The translations under genes and the position numbers were made by a program. A DNA stretch of 64,000 nucleotides from Balanoglossus misakiensis (Eukaryota; Animalia; Hemichordata). Shown one piece after another: positions 12,311 through 38,200 of the stretch. The DNA is taken from contig CM082597.2 in NCBI GenBank assembly GCA_040954595.2, forward strand, positions 7,031,849 through 7,095,848. The letters run 5' to 3'. The first letter of the stretch is position 1; the number at the start of each line of letters is the position of its first letter. Under the pieces are notes generated by a model that worked only from the letters and a program-made list of their open reading frames with translations, was not told where the DNA came from and made no database searches.

Positions 12311-14641
12311 ACAAAAAGTCCAGACACGCACACAAGTATCAAAGTCAGTTGTATGTTTCGCATGCTGATTGATGGTTTGGTGCGACTGCCTTGTAGACTG
12401 ACAATGCTGTTTGTGTTTGGTTAATATTTTATCAGTAAAGAACCCCTAACTTCAAGAATATTACTCGACATGTGATAGCTGGACTGAGGTCCAGGACATA
12501 TATCCGTATTTCACGACATACCTGTAACATGCACTGAGAAACAATGTCCGAAAAAAATTGGACGAATTTCAGAGCTGTATTGTCAGGCCTGAATCAGCTA
12601 TTACAGAACAGGACTGCACACACTGATGAAATGTCTGACTGGCGTCAATAACATCACCATTCACCAATTTTGAAAATAAGTTGGCAGCCATATTGTTGCA
12701 TAAGTGATAATAATACCGAGAGGGTCAACTCCAGAGGGTGTCAATCTAGTGCATGTTCTTGCCAAACAATTTGTTTCCAACTCAATGGCCAAATTATCCA
12801 GTATTCATACTCTGTGCTGCTTCTGCACTAAGCCAAATCGCGACCCCGCCGTATGCGATAGATAATTTCAACGAGTTGATATCGCATATAAATTCACGAT
12901 TCAGTCCTCGAAAAAACAGTGGCGCTGAAGTCATGGACTTTATCTATTGATGACTGACCAATACTTTGTGACATGACAAACTGTTCATTCATCCCTCCTT
13001 AACATTTTCTGACTCTGTCAATTGTTTGTTGGTGTAAAGGTCAAAAAGGCGAAATTGTAACAAACTCAAACCCCACACTTGATAAAACAGCATGACTTTT
13101 ATTCATATCTATAATTTGTGTACTAGATGTGTGTGTCAAAATTGTTTATGGCAATAGGTTACATGAGTGATAAAATATATCTCGAATATTCTTCCTCAAT
13201 GTCAATCGGATATCCTGGATAAGGAAAAATGACCAATCAAGATGACTTGCAAGAATAATCTGTGGTTGATTTTATCCTCAAGATTGTGAATGCTATGAGT
13301 TCCTGTTCATCCATTTGCTTTTGCCACAGAAAATGTCAGTAGCAGTAAGATCTGAATACATGTATCTAAATTACAAATAAGTAAGGTAAAAATTGGGACT
13401 CTTTAGGTAACATGGCTCTTACAATGAAAGCTACAAAACTGTAGTTGATTGGTGACTACTTTTAATATCACGTGATGAAACAGCTGGTCATTGACCATTA
13501 CATTTACATCTTCCATACTACATCGAACATTGTGAGAGAACAACATTCCTATGGAAGGTTTAAAAGTATTACCAAGGTATTATTTTTACTACAATGAAGT
13601 GGGTTTTCGGCAAGTAAATTGTTCCAATTAAACTATACTGAGTAATATGTTAAAAAGTCTGAAGAGTATCTTGTTATAGAGTAGTTTTTTTTGTTTCAAA
13701 GTTATGCAGTATAAAGAGATGTACCAAATGCTAACGTCAACGGTGATTATTCAATAAAAATAATTCACAGCATTTTTGTACTGAAGCAAATGTGACATAA
13801 GTAAGGTCTTCGTTTAATTAGAGTAGCTAGAAAAAGGCTAAGATTAGACTTCAGTGGTTAGTGGGTGTACTTGAAATTTGTTGGTTTGAAGTCTATCATA
13901 CCCAGCGGTGTGTTTTGTTTTCTTTACGTTTAAAGTGTAAACTAATGGATATTAATTGTCTTTGTGGTTCAGTTATTTACCAGAGGATGGACATTGAGAC
14001 ACTGAGAGCATAATTGTTCTTTTTGGAACATATTAATTATATTTCAATCAGCATTATTTTACTCATTTGCGAGGCCACAAAACCTGTCTCAAAGTTGTAT
14101 ATTTGCCGTGCTTTCCAACTTTAACACGTAAGAGTGTAAGCCAGAGTTCAAGTACATTTTATCATGCGCGTGTTTAGCTATTAGTAGTAGCTGAGATATA
14201 CAATGTTTCAAACAATAAGCAATATTCATGTGGTTGGCATATGTATACATAGCAGACATCTTTCTAAACTCCAACAACGTTTCAACACGAGACTTTTCAC
14301 ACAGACCTGGTGGTGCCATTGATGTGGATGGAATGTGAATCAAACCTGTTTTAATACAATGAAAAAAAAAAAGAACTTTAAAAGGCATATGCCACTGGCT
14401 CTTGACTCACATTCACTTAGAGCCATATCTGTTTAAAACAAGCTAAATCATCGCACAGTTCGCACGATTGCACAGTTCACACCAAACAGATCGAGCAAAA
14501 CCACTATATACCCCTACCAGAGGCTTTACAATCCGCAGACGTTCCAAAAGGTTGCCTCTTAAAGCTGATTTTATCCAGTTGAGTTTCATTGCTTAAGAAC
14601 AATAGCAGACATATCATTATAGACAAGAACTGACTTACATC

Positions 14642-26155
<11,514 letters not shown>

Positions 26156-26483
26156 TATAATCGAACTTGATCGCCAAACTTCAATAGCTACCCTGTTAAT
26201 TTCTTAACGCGTTAAATAAAGTAATAAAATTGTACACAACCGTAATAATACACTTTGCTTGGGAGTTTTTTGTATATCTTCTCATTTACCCTGGGCTCTG
26301 GAAAAATGCCCACCGCGGGTCAAAGGTATAAAATGTTGTCCCACATAACAGTACAGACGACCATTAATGTTTCTCATGGCACGTATGCACTGTGCATCTA
26401 CTGCATCAAAAGCCATGCACATGCCCATTAATCTTAAATTGGCACTAGAGAGATTATTCACCATAAGAGCAGGCGGTATTTAA

Positions 26484-26743
26484 GGGGACAAAGTCTCTCT
26501 CTCGCTGCCCTTTTTCCACCCCGCTTGTAAGATATGATAGTAAAAATCTCCCAAAATGAATAAATGGTAAAGACTAATTATTCATTTTGGTGAGTTTTTC
26601 ACACTCGTGTCTACAATTAGGATGGATGGTGTGTGTGATCGAATGTTGATTCACTATATATCCACATGTAGAATAATATAAACAGTGTCTTGTATCAAAC
26701 ATAATTAATGGAAAAAGGGCAGCGAGAGAGAGACTTTGTCCCT
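26484..26743. mobile_element. MITE, ~35-bp TIR, TTAA TSD (Kolobok-like)
   Basis: ttaa-GGGGACAAAGTCTCTCTCTCGCTGCCC...GGGCAGCGAGAGAGAGACTTTGTCCCT-ttaa; absent from copy A. Confidence 0.88.
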
Positions 26744-27724
26744 TTAAGTTTTATATCGCGAACATAACAGTCGAGGAGTTGAGAAGGGTGGGCGACTGTT
26801 TCGTTCTAAGATCTAACGATACAATATTGTTACACACGGGTTTCTAGAAAAACATTGGCAAAGTGAGCTGTTGAAATTATACAAGAAACATGGAGACTTG
26901 CCAAAATTCACTGTTGTCGAGAAAAATGTCAGCCTGCTTCTCGTCTTATCGGAGTTCAGTGGTCAATACAAGTAAACGATTTTTTTCGTCGTCGGTGTAT
27001 GTAAATGCCTAGTGTGGAGGAATGTATGTAGTCTTTGAGTAAATACTAATATTCTCAGTATCAATAAAAATACCTACGTGTTGATATGACTTATCATTCT
27101 TCCTCTACAGACAAACAACGGTGACGTTAATCAAACAATGAGTCACATAAGTTTTGATGTTAGGTATCTAAACGATCACGCAATAAAGATGTGCTATTCT
27201 CTTAGGCCGGTGGAGCACTGATTATTACTCAGGATGTTCCCATCCACAAGAGCCGCGTTGATTATACTATAGTACGTTTTCCTCTGATATATAAACTATT
27301 GACACGTAACGAAACTACAATCAGATAAGTAGAGCTCTGCTTTACATGTGACCCTTTGTCAACTTGTTAGTAGAATATGGCAGGCTTAGAATATCGCTGG
27401 CAGATTACTGATCCTGTACAATGAATTCATGTGGAATTTTCACATTGTAAGTCATTACATTTTCCCCAGATTACTCAGGATGTTCCCACCCACAACAGCC
27501 GCGTTGGTTATACTATAGACCAGAGCAACCGACGCAGCTTTAATATCGTGAATATTAGTCTAGAAATCGCCAGATATGACCTTGATGCGTGGATGGACCT
27601 GGCATGATTCTGTGTGAATGTGTGAGGTTTACCAACAGGGTTACTTGGGGGCCTGATTTGTGACATGCGATAATACACAAATATTAAATCATCATCTATG
27701 ATAATTAGACCTTTAAAAACTTAC

Positions 27725-29507
27725 ATAGAACAAAAATCGTAGTATCCCTTGTTTCCAGTCCCGTTCTGCCATCATAGTACACATTGCTTACAGTGCACGT
27801 GTAGATGTGGAAGTTGTTCGGTTCTGGTTGTATGTTCCTGATAACTAATGGGTTTCCAGTCTCTGGGCTTTCACCACCTCTTCGTTTCCACGCAATTGAT
27901 GTCTTCGGCGGATTGCCTGGTGTAAATCCACAACGAATTATGACGTCTTTGCCTTTCTTAACACACATTGAAGATGGAGATGACGCAGTCGGTGGATCTA
28001 AATTATTTAAAATATGTGTGTTAGGACCACTGCAAGTGTGATGTACTTTGATTAAATGTATTGAAAATTTGTAGTCATCAAAAACTTTAACAAACTGGAA
28101 TATTACATGATGCATATATAGTATTAATTAAACTAAGAGTCAACGTAAATTACTGGCAACATAAAAAGAATGGTTATAAATTAAGCCCTAGAGGTGAGAA
28201 TTACACTGCATTCATTAATATAAAATAGCATATACTTTACACACATTGTACATTTGGTACTATAGAGTTTGAACAAGTCCAAGGGGATCCAGTACTGTCA
28301 CGGTGTACCAGGCTGCAACTAAAGGGAATCCCATGATCATCTTTGGATATCGTGATCTCGTGATGTAATGGACTTCTATTCCCACGTTTGATCTCCTTTC
28401 CATTTCGATTCCACACAAGTTCACCTGGCGGTACAACACTTTTTGTTGTAACATGGCACCGCAAGGAAATTGTACTTCCGACAACCACTTCGTCGTTTGG
28501 TCCCAAACCGGAAATCCTAGAGCATTCTGGTTCATCAATACCTGGAATACATATCATGCAATGCATTATATTGCTGCGATGGAAACGTGTGACCAGAAAA
28601 CTGCGGATAATGTATAGTGCAAGCGCAATTAATCTGCAGTGAATTTGAAGTGAGCTAAACTTGTGATAATGAACTTTAAAACATAACGTCGATTAAGTTA
28701 TTTAAAACAATCATTATATTCACAAGTGTACAAATGAATCCACTGCGCCAGTTCTCTGTCTGAAATAGAAAAGATTAAAACGTTTGTATTATGTCTCAAG
28801 AGCAAACTTAATGCAATGCATTAACATACCAATCACAGTAACTTCAGCCAAAGCTTTGTGATCTGAAGCAAAATATCCACACGCCCATATCCCACGATGT
28901 TCCGCTGTTGCATTGTGGACGAGTAAGTTGCCTTCCCCATTTGATGCGTCACCTACGACGCTACAACATTCATCATAAGAGATGCCTTTTATTACAACAA
29001 CTCTTTCTAACAAAAAATGTTTGCGATTCAGTGGCGTCCACCAATGAGGGAGGTATTTCCTGCGATTTGGATTTACCGTACAGTTCAGCAAAAATTCTTC
29101 TCCTTCCTTGACAATTGTATCCACTGGTGTTACTCTGAATGGTTGCTGTGAAACTACGTAAGGGGAAACCCGAAAAATTATCTTATTTAAAATGTATTAT
29201 CGTCAACTATTTGATGTATATTGTGAATAATATGGAAGACCCAATTTGTTGGTGTTATACTCTAATGCTGTAGTGCAGGTCACCTATCGGTAGAATCAGC
29301 CTCTGTCTGTCTACCTGTCCGTCTGTCCGTCTGTCTGTCTGTCTGTCTGTCTGTCTGCCTCTCTCTGTCTCTATCTGCATCTCTTTTCCATGAAAACATG
29401 TTCAATAGTATGCGATTAACTGATTTCTTACCTGCACACGAGACTGGATATACGAATACAATAATGGCGACAAATGTTGGTGCACTGATAAATTGTGTTT
29501 CCTTCAT
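27725..29507 (-). CDS. Copy C: orphan 5' cassette (leader, V, Ig2, Ig3), open frames, no own TM or kinase
   Basis: Exons 29432-29507, 28830-29153, 28245-28541, 27725-27997 with AG/GT; homology to the B intron stops at ~27518, where B upstream sequence begins. Confidence 0.8.
28830..29153 (-). CDS. V-type Ig exon of copy C
   Basis: FLLNC...W...GNLLVH...GIWAC; 324 nt. Confidence 0.85.
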
Positions 29508-30419
29508 TATAATCGAACTTGACCGCCACCTTTAATAGCTACCCTGTTAATTTCAGAACGCGTAAAATTAATAAAAATGTACATAACCGTAATAATGCAT
29601 TTTAGTGTGAGTTTTGTTATACATTCTCAGTTTCACTGGATACATATTCTCTATAATAGTTGGTAAGGTCTCCCTGGGGCGCTAAAAAATGCCCACAGCG
29701 GGTCAGGTGTGTTAAAATGTCGTCGCACAGTACAGGCAACCCTTAATGTTTGTCATGCCACTTGTATATGCATTGTGCATGCAATGTCAAAAGCTATGCA
29801 CATGCCGACTAATGTAAAATTGGCACTTGGGAGACTATCCTCCATCTTGGTGACATAATTAAGCACACACGTTATACAAGTTTTATATCGCGAAAATAAC
29901 AGCCGACTAGAAGTTGAAAGCGGTATTAGGCGACTGTTTCGTGCTAAGATCTAACGATACAATATTGTTACACGCGGGTTTCTAGAAAAACATTGGCAAA
30001 GTGAGCTGTTGAATTATACAATAAACATGGAGACTCACCAACATTTCACTGCTTTCACGAAAACTGTTAGCTTCTCGCCTTGTCAGAATTCAGTGGTCAA
30101 TACATGTAAACGATATTTCGTCGTCTGTGTATGTAAATGAATATGCTCTTTGCAGATTTAGAGTGTAGAGGAATGTCAGTAGCAATAAAAATACCTATGT
30201 GTTGATATCACTTAACATTTTTCCTCTACAAACAGAAACAACGGTGATCTTAATCAAACAATGAGTCACATAAAACGAGTTTTGATTGCCACAAATCCAA
30301 TAAAGTTCAACTAAACTAAAGAAATGTCAAAAACAACAGCCCTCACACTGTATAGGCCTTAATATGTTGGTATTCAAACTGTAGTCTGTTTTGATGTTAG
30401 GTATCTAAACGATAACGCA

Positions 30420-30712
30420 ATAAAGATATGCTATTCTCTTAGGCCGGTGGAGCACTGATTACTCAGGACGTTCCCTCCCACAACAGCCGCGTTGGTCATT
30501 TATTAATATAGTTTTCCGATCTGATATATAAACTGTTGACACGTAACGAAACTATAACGTTAGTAAAGATATGCTATTCTCTTTAATAGGCCGGTGGAGC
30601 ACTGATTACTCACTGCCAGGATGTTTCCACCCACAACAGCCGCGTTGATCATTTATTAATATAGCACGTTTTCCGATCTGATATATAAACTGTTGACACG
30701 TAACGAAACTAC
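30420..30712. repeat. ~140-bp tandem duplication upstream of copy C
   Basis: taaagatatgctattctctt...gacacgtaacgaaacta occurs twice (~30420-30555 and ~30564-30712); single copy upstream of A. Confidence 0.85.
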
Positions 30713-30960
30713 AATCAGATAAGTAGAGCTCTGCTTTACATGTGACCCTTTGTCAATTTGTTAGTAGAATATGGCAGGCTTAGAATATCGCTGGCAGATT
30801 ACTGATCCTGTGCAATGAATTCATTTGGAACGTTCACATTGTAAGTCATTACTCTTTTTTCCCCAGTTCTATATCTCCTTCAAACAAAATAATTGCATCT
30901 ACTGCCAGTACATTGCCCCAGACATATCTGAATTTATACGCTCCTATTTTAGCTGTGTTC

Positions 30961-31199
30961 TAGACTTGCTCCAAGTCTATGGGCATCATTATGTGTAGGG
31001 AACGCGTAGGCTTGGTCGACGCTACCCGAAACCACAAGCTCAGTCCCAAATTCGAAACTCACCTCACTACCAAAAACACGCTCAAGGCAAGCATGCACGC
31101 AAAACAAGTATTGAAATTATTTATTAAGACAAAAAAAACACCGAAAACACAACAAGTATTGAGATTTAAGAATCACCAAGCGATTAGTGGGCTAGTCTA
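30961..31199. mobile_element. MITE TAGAC...GTCTA with 9-bp TSD
   Basis: TSD gctgtgttc at 30952-30960 and 31200-31208; second copy at 33827-34461. Confidence 0.8.
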
Positions 31200-33826
31200 G
31201 CTGTGTTCCAACAATATATCGAAACAGTATTTCAAGTCAGCATCGACAGAGTGATAAGCAGGTTGGCACCACTTTAAGACTACTTGAATGTACTTGAAGA
31301 CTGTTTTGTTTATTGGGGTGACATATAAACATTCCTGTGTTGACCTGGCAATGTCGTCTGCTTATGAGTTGAGATTCAAACTGAGAGTGAGGAGTTATAA
31401 TGAAATATTTCCTTATTTGCAACAATATTTCCGATATTTTAGTTCTCGAGAAGCTATTTCTAATGCTAACATGTGGGTTTCTCATGAAAAGAGAAAATAA
31501 AAATAGGAAATAGTCATCCATTTAAATGAGGCATATATGCTTAGTATAACCCCGCCAGTGGGATTGCGAGGGCGTTCAATGTATTGTAACGGAAACTATG
31601 TTGGACTGAGGTGCCAAAATTGTAATGCCTTAGTGAATGATGAACGCACAGCCAACTCAACGGTAGCGTAAACGTAGCACGATCGAACCTTGACGGCGTA
31701 GACCGGTCCGTTACAAGTCCTGGTTCGATATACATTAGGGCGACCGACCTGAGTGTTGCGCTCACACAAATACCAAGAAAAATCTCGAAATTACTATCCG
31801 TAGAGAACTAAACCTCTCAGAGGTTACAGACAAAATGTTCCCACAAGCGTGGAGAAAGGTTTGAACGAAAATATAAGAAGGATAGAGGTAAAGTACGAAA
31901 TCAAATCACCACAACCGAGAGCACGATGCTCTCAGTTCTGCCGCCATTTGTCGACTCCCTGAGTCACTATACATGCAACAAGCCCACGTGATACAAGCTC
32001 CGCCCCAGTCGTGGAAAATTGACAGTTTCTCCCGCTATAGGGTGTCTCAGTCAGAGAATCAGGGCAAAGTCGCATTTCTTGAGATATGAGTCTTGTGTGC
32101 GGCATTGACCTACCAATTCTGTGACAGTATTGACATATATATTTGAGAAGCCTTGCGAAACATATGACACATATGAAGATGTATAAATTCCTGATTTGAG
32201 AAATCTTAAAGGTTCTAAACGTGTAAAGCCCTTAAAGATAAATGTACGGGCCTTGTACATTATTTTATCAGAGTGGGACTATATTAAACTAGAAAATCCG
32301 TCGCTCAAGTGAGCGCCCTCAAGTGACGGCATTTCCAGTGTAGAATCAATGTTTTCAGTCAATTTCAATTAAGTGAGAAAAGCGTGGTTGGGTCCTATAG
32401 CATGTCTGATGGATGTCAAAGTTCATAGAAATAAAATAATTCTGTAGTGTTCACTTTAAAGTGTATGAAACATGATCTACGCAGCCATAAATACATACGT
32501 GTTATTCTGTATGCGGTGGATGTCGGACTCCACGAGCGTACTGCGTACCTCGAAAACCTACCGCGTTTATTCCCCACATTACAAATCACTGTCGAAATTA
32601 CAAATAAAGATACGCGCAACTCTGAACCAAAATACACATTACCACAACAACTGACATATACAACCGATTAAAACAAATAAAATGAAACAAATGGCGCTAA
32701 ATTTGGAATGGATCAGCCATATGTCAGAATTTTAAACCGAGTATTGTTTTAATTGAGACACAATATACTAGTAAGAGACTAAACAACGAAATGTAGAAAG
32801 TTGCAATATATATCATCACTTCTAAGTTCACATTTTAAGCCTATGTCATTTCTGGTGGTCAATATATAGCTAGTTTGCAAGATTACGGTTTACAGTTATA
32901 GAAGTAATTGGTATCTAATATGCTGAATGTAGTTTACAATACTACCTTTCCTCAGTAAAACACTTGTCTGAGACAACACTGATTCCGGCAAACACAATGT
33001 TCCATGTACATGACAAAAAAGTTACGGGGCAAGTGTTGGATTTTGATGCTCCGGTATTGTCCTTGGAGCACACATTGCATGTGATGATTACTGCCAGTGG
33101 ACAGCAGGAAATGCAGGTACTAGGTAGGCGGAAGCCTGATACTGGTTTAACATTGCATGCTAATAGCAAACGCAAATCTTGACATTTTCTCCCCGGTCAG
33201 TCACCCTACTTCTATAGTACACACATTATGCAAATCATATATGCGCAAATGCTATCTGTGTCACCGCATGCGGCGCTCTTCTAGGTCGACCCGACTGGGC
33301 TGTGCTGAATTCCCTTGCCTATACCTGGTAGATATAGACTGGAGACTATCTGAATACATTCAACTATACATAGGTATGACATTTTGCTTCAAGCAAAATA
33401 GATATATTGTTGTTCATTTCTTAATCGGGTGTGTTCAATCACTCAAATTAACATCATTTTGTACTCGTTGTTATGAGACTCCACTACGTTATACTCAGAA
33501 GCCGAACGCGTGATTCAAGTAGCTGGTTTTACGGCACTTGTTCAAACTGTAGAAACCAAACAACTACGTTGAAGAAATAAGAATTTACTGTTGCCACGAA
33601 TGAAGACGTAGAATCATTTTGGGGGACAACGTTTTATATTATGGCTTCTTCGATTACAACGCCGTTGTTAGCCTTTTTGTTAGAAAGTTCGATTTCCTGC
33701 TTCCGCATATTTGTAAGCTATAAATATGTCAACACCTATACATGTAGAAATAATGGACGATGCCCTGACCATTAACGTTTGTTTATGGGCAAGGGCGAGG
33801 GGAAAGCCAAAATTCACGGGCGAGGC

Positions 33827-34461
33827 TAGACTTGCTCCAAGTCTATGGGCTTCATTATTTAAGCAATAAAACACCCCCAGCCATGGTATACCACGAGATT
33901 TTGACCAGTTCACGACATATACGCACGAGCGATAGCGAGTGCGTATATGGAGTTGAACTGGTCAAAATCGAGTGGTATACCATGGCTGGGGGTGTTTTAT
34001 TGCTATTATATTATGCCAGTATATTGAAACTTGGCATAAAACATTTTAAAAAGGCATTTTCTTTGACTATGATATATGACTGTGGTATATGGCTAATATA
34101 TCACGGTCACGTGTCGTGTCTCGACCAATCAAATAGCGTGATTTACACCATCAATATACTGGTATAATATAATTAATAATATAATACATTTAAAAAACGT
34201 GTTCCGAATTTCTCTAAGCACCGTGTGTCAAGTAAAAGTTACTGAGTGTGAGCGCGTATGTACGTCAAGGGAAAGCGTAGTCGACGCTAACCGAAACCAC
34301 AAGCTCAGTCCAAAATTCGAAACTAAACTCACTACTAGAAACAGGCTCAAAGCAAGCATCCACGCAAAAAGTTTTGAAATTATTTATTAAGAACAAAACC
34401 ATCGCAAACACAAAACAGTATTGAGATTCAAAAATCACCAAGCGACTAGTGGGCTAGTCTA
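33827..34461. mobile_element. Second copy of the TAGAC...GTCTA MITE with nested palindromic element
   Basis: TSD gggcgaggc at 33818-33826 and 34462-34470; nested hairpin ~33862-34005. Confidence 0.8.
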
Positions 34462-35209
34462 GGGCGAGGCTTCCGAGCCCATGAATGTTGGCTTTCCTCG
34501 ATGGTCAGGGCGGAGTCGGTTATTTCCATTATATTACCAAAGAACTCAAGAAAACTGTCAAAATTTACGAAAAAGACTAGGGTCCCGGAACTTGTATTAC
34601 GGAAAATGTTGTATTCACTGAACTGTTTGTTAATATTACTATTCAGATTTACGGGCATGCAAACAAACCATTACTTAGTATTTGTGGCAGTGACGTCGTT
34701 CATCTCGACCAATTAAAGTGAGACGAACAGGAATGGTAATATAATGGATTATCTCAGCGTGTCAAGATATTTATGAGTCCACCGGGGTTTAAACAATCAA
34801 ATGGCTGTCATTCTGATGTGTCGTTGAAAGAAAAAGAAAACAATTTCCTGTATCAAATAGAGTATGATACTTTGAGAGTGCACTTTCCTCCAAATATAAA
34901 TGAGACATATCGTCTGCGCAAAATTATTTTCGTTTAGCTAGAATTTTCATGGCCGTTTGGCCATTCTCCAACTCCACGCCTTTTAACAAATACGCACCCC
35001 TTGCTTGGTTAAGAAAAAAACAGGACGGTTTATTAACGGGCTACACATCATTGTTGTTTACGACCTTGCATCATACAACACGAGTCTATTAGACAGCCAG
35101 TTACTCAGTTTAAATATATTAACGATGCCTTATCTAACTACAGTTATGCAGTTTTAGTTAATATGAATTGATGTTATATTTTATACTTTCAACAGAAAAA
35201 AATGCCGCA

Positions 35210-38200
35210 ATGTTGCTGTTAACTGGTCTCATGCTTGTGCTGCTTTCTACATGCTCAGGTATGTGCGCATGCCAGTTATGTCCTCAGATCAGAGACGAAG
35301 AGTAAAGTATAACATATTCGCGATAAAATTCTGCAAGTCATATCAGCCTCAAACTATTAAGGTGAATTTAATATTGGAATGGTCAGCATAAATGATCTAT
35401 CCTAATCGATAATTAATTACCATTTCACAACAACGACTGTGGAGCGCCAGGCAATTACAGACAAAGAAACTGCGTAACTTCCACTCGGACACCAAGCAGG
35501 CAAAATTACAGGAAATGTTTCATACACGATAGTCAAGCCAGCGGTGCATATGTGACGCATGTATAGTATGTGACGCGTTTTATATGATGCCATTTTTTTT
35601 TAATTATGTTCAAGTTACCTGCATAAGACCTGAAGCATTGTTTTGTTTCTACTTCACAAAACAAACACGAATATTCCTGAACTCTTCACCATACGAATAC
35701 TTTTACTGGCCAGCTAAAAACATTAATGGCAACAATGATGGTACATGTGACGTCTGGACGTAGTTATTCTTCTCATATCTATCATGATTAAAAGGCAAAT
35801 TAAAAATATCTCTAAGTTGTTATTTTTCAGATAGTATATCACCAATCAAAACAGTTATTTTGCAGGTGATGTTATCGGCAGTACAGAATGATGCAATAAC
35901 AATGGATGAAACGGCGTTACAGAGCACCTATGCATGTCATATACTGACATATGTTAGGTGTTGCATTGACCATTTCAATATGATTTCTTTTAGGTTCAAT
36001 TTCGTATTCCGAAGTACCAGTTGATACGGTAGGAATCATAGGAAAAGATGTCCAGTTGAACTGCTCGTTTGACGACTTTGTTGTTGGTACACATAATATA
36101 CTATGGAGGAAAAGTGCACCTGTATATTATGCAATCTCGACAAATGGTGACGTATTCCCGGACAATCATTACCTGGTTGACGTATTCGGAACAGGTGCAT
36201 ACAGTTTGAAGATTGTGAATACAACGTGGGGGAACGAGGGCACGTACACGTGTGAGGCATTCGGTCCGTTGTTGCCCAAGGAGGCAGATTTGATTCTGGT
36301 GGGTAAGTAGAATGTAATATCGCCAAAGACGAAGGTTTGACTTTATTTGCATGTAAGTCACGTCCTCCAGAAAATTCACTGATCATTATCGCTAAAAGAA
36401 TCATTCGGCGCGATGATGTCATTTGAAGGCAGCGTGATCCATATGTGCGTAGACCGCCGGTCATAAAGATGAAGTTTTGTGGAAAGAGTGTTTATAAACA
36501 CAACCACTTGAAAATCAAGTTTAAGAAGTAAATTTCAGCCCATGCGCTCTTCTACACATACAATGTCCCTCGACAGATACACCACCAACCTGCTCAGTTT
36601 ATCCTGACAACACCGTCATAGCCGGAGAGAATGTGACATTCAACTGTTCTATCAACAAGGCAGTGCCACCGGGCGAATTGGTTTGGCGACTGAACGACAA
36701 CAAAGTTGCTAGTGGGGAAAATTCCGCGACGTACTTGTGGTCAACGACGTTTGATCGAACACAGAACGGTGCTGCCATGGTCTGTGGTCTAGAACACACC
36801 ACTTTGCAAGAACCTCTAGAATGTGAAGATACGATGACAATGAACGTACAATGTAGGTGCAAGTACTACTTTCTACGGATTGCCCGTCTGTATGTTCGCC
36901 TTTCTATGTATCTATTTATCTACATGTGAGTGATGGTTACAAGTCTGTTTGAAAAGGTACTCTACCAACCAATGTCATGTGCAATGTTGTAAATACCCAA
37001 TTGCTTGTTCAGCGACTGCCATAAAAAGACAACATTCGCTGTATATTAGGATAAGTTTAGACCAGAGTACCGTCTGAAAAATTAAAATGTTCGTTAAGTG
37101 TTTATTTGTAACTTTGCAATCATGCTTCTTGATGACCCTTATAGATGTGTCTGATCCCATAATTGACGACGGTGAAGGAAATGGCAAGGTCATCCTAGGT
37201 CAGCCGTTTTCTGTGACCTGCTCAGCTGATGCAAACCCTGTGGCTGACGTCACATGGTCAACTCCTGTGGGAACAACAATTGCTGGTGGACTGTTGAACA
37301 TAGCGGCTTCTAAACATAGTGACAGCGGTGATTACACATGTACAGCGAACGTAACCTTTCGGGATGGGACGATTGGAGTCGGACAATCACTATTATTTGT
37401 CGATGTGCAGTGTGAGTAACAGTGGTATACTGCTATTTTCCTCATCTTATAAGTTGTCATGTCGTTCAATACTAACTGTTATAATATCTCAGTACTAGTA
37501 GTTCTTTGTTGTTTGAATATATGCGTGTGATCTTTTCTCAGGGCTTACACGAGATATATATACGGTCAACTTGCTTATAGGCCCACACATCTTTCATGGA
37601 AAATAGTGGATGAATTAGATGTACTAATTATCTCCTTGCAACATTAGATTTGGACGGAGTAGACGTCTTCGTCGAAAACAACGGCAAGGTCATCGAAGGT
37701 CAACGATACTATGCAAACTGCTCGGCCAGTGCAAACCCCGTAGCTTCTTTCTTTTGGTTGACTCCCAGTGGAAACATTTATTACAACCATGAGTTGGATT
37801 TCGCAGCAACGTACCGAACTGACAGCGGTGAATACACATGTACGGCCAATACTACATTCTGGGAAGGAACAGCATGTATTACAGGGTCAACCATACAGCT
37901 CGATGTACAATGTAAGTAATCCGCTCTTTGTGGATGTTATTAGCAAGAACTCGTCCGGTGACACGCGCCTTGAGACATTGGTTTTATTAGTTTTATTGGT
38001 ATTGTAAGGTGAGCGTTGACAGTAAAATGGCCAATAGGACCACGATAATAAACATGACACAAATTTTGATTTAGTATTTTAGTTGATCTACACACAGTTG
38101 ATGTATTTGGGAAAGCATCGCAACCGTTGTGAATATTTTGTTTTTAAAATATTAGTGATGCTGTCATGGATGACTAAAGCAATTAACCTGTTCAAATTCC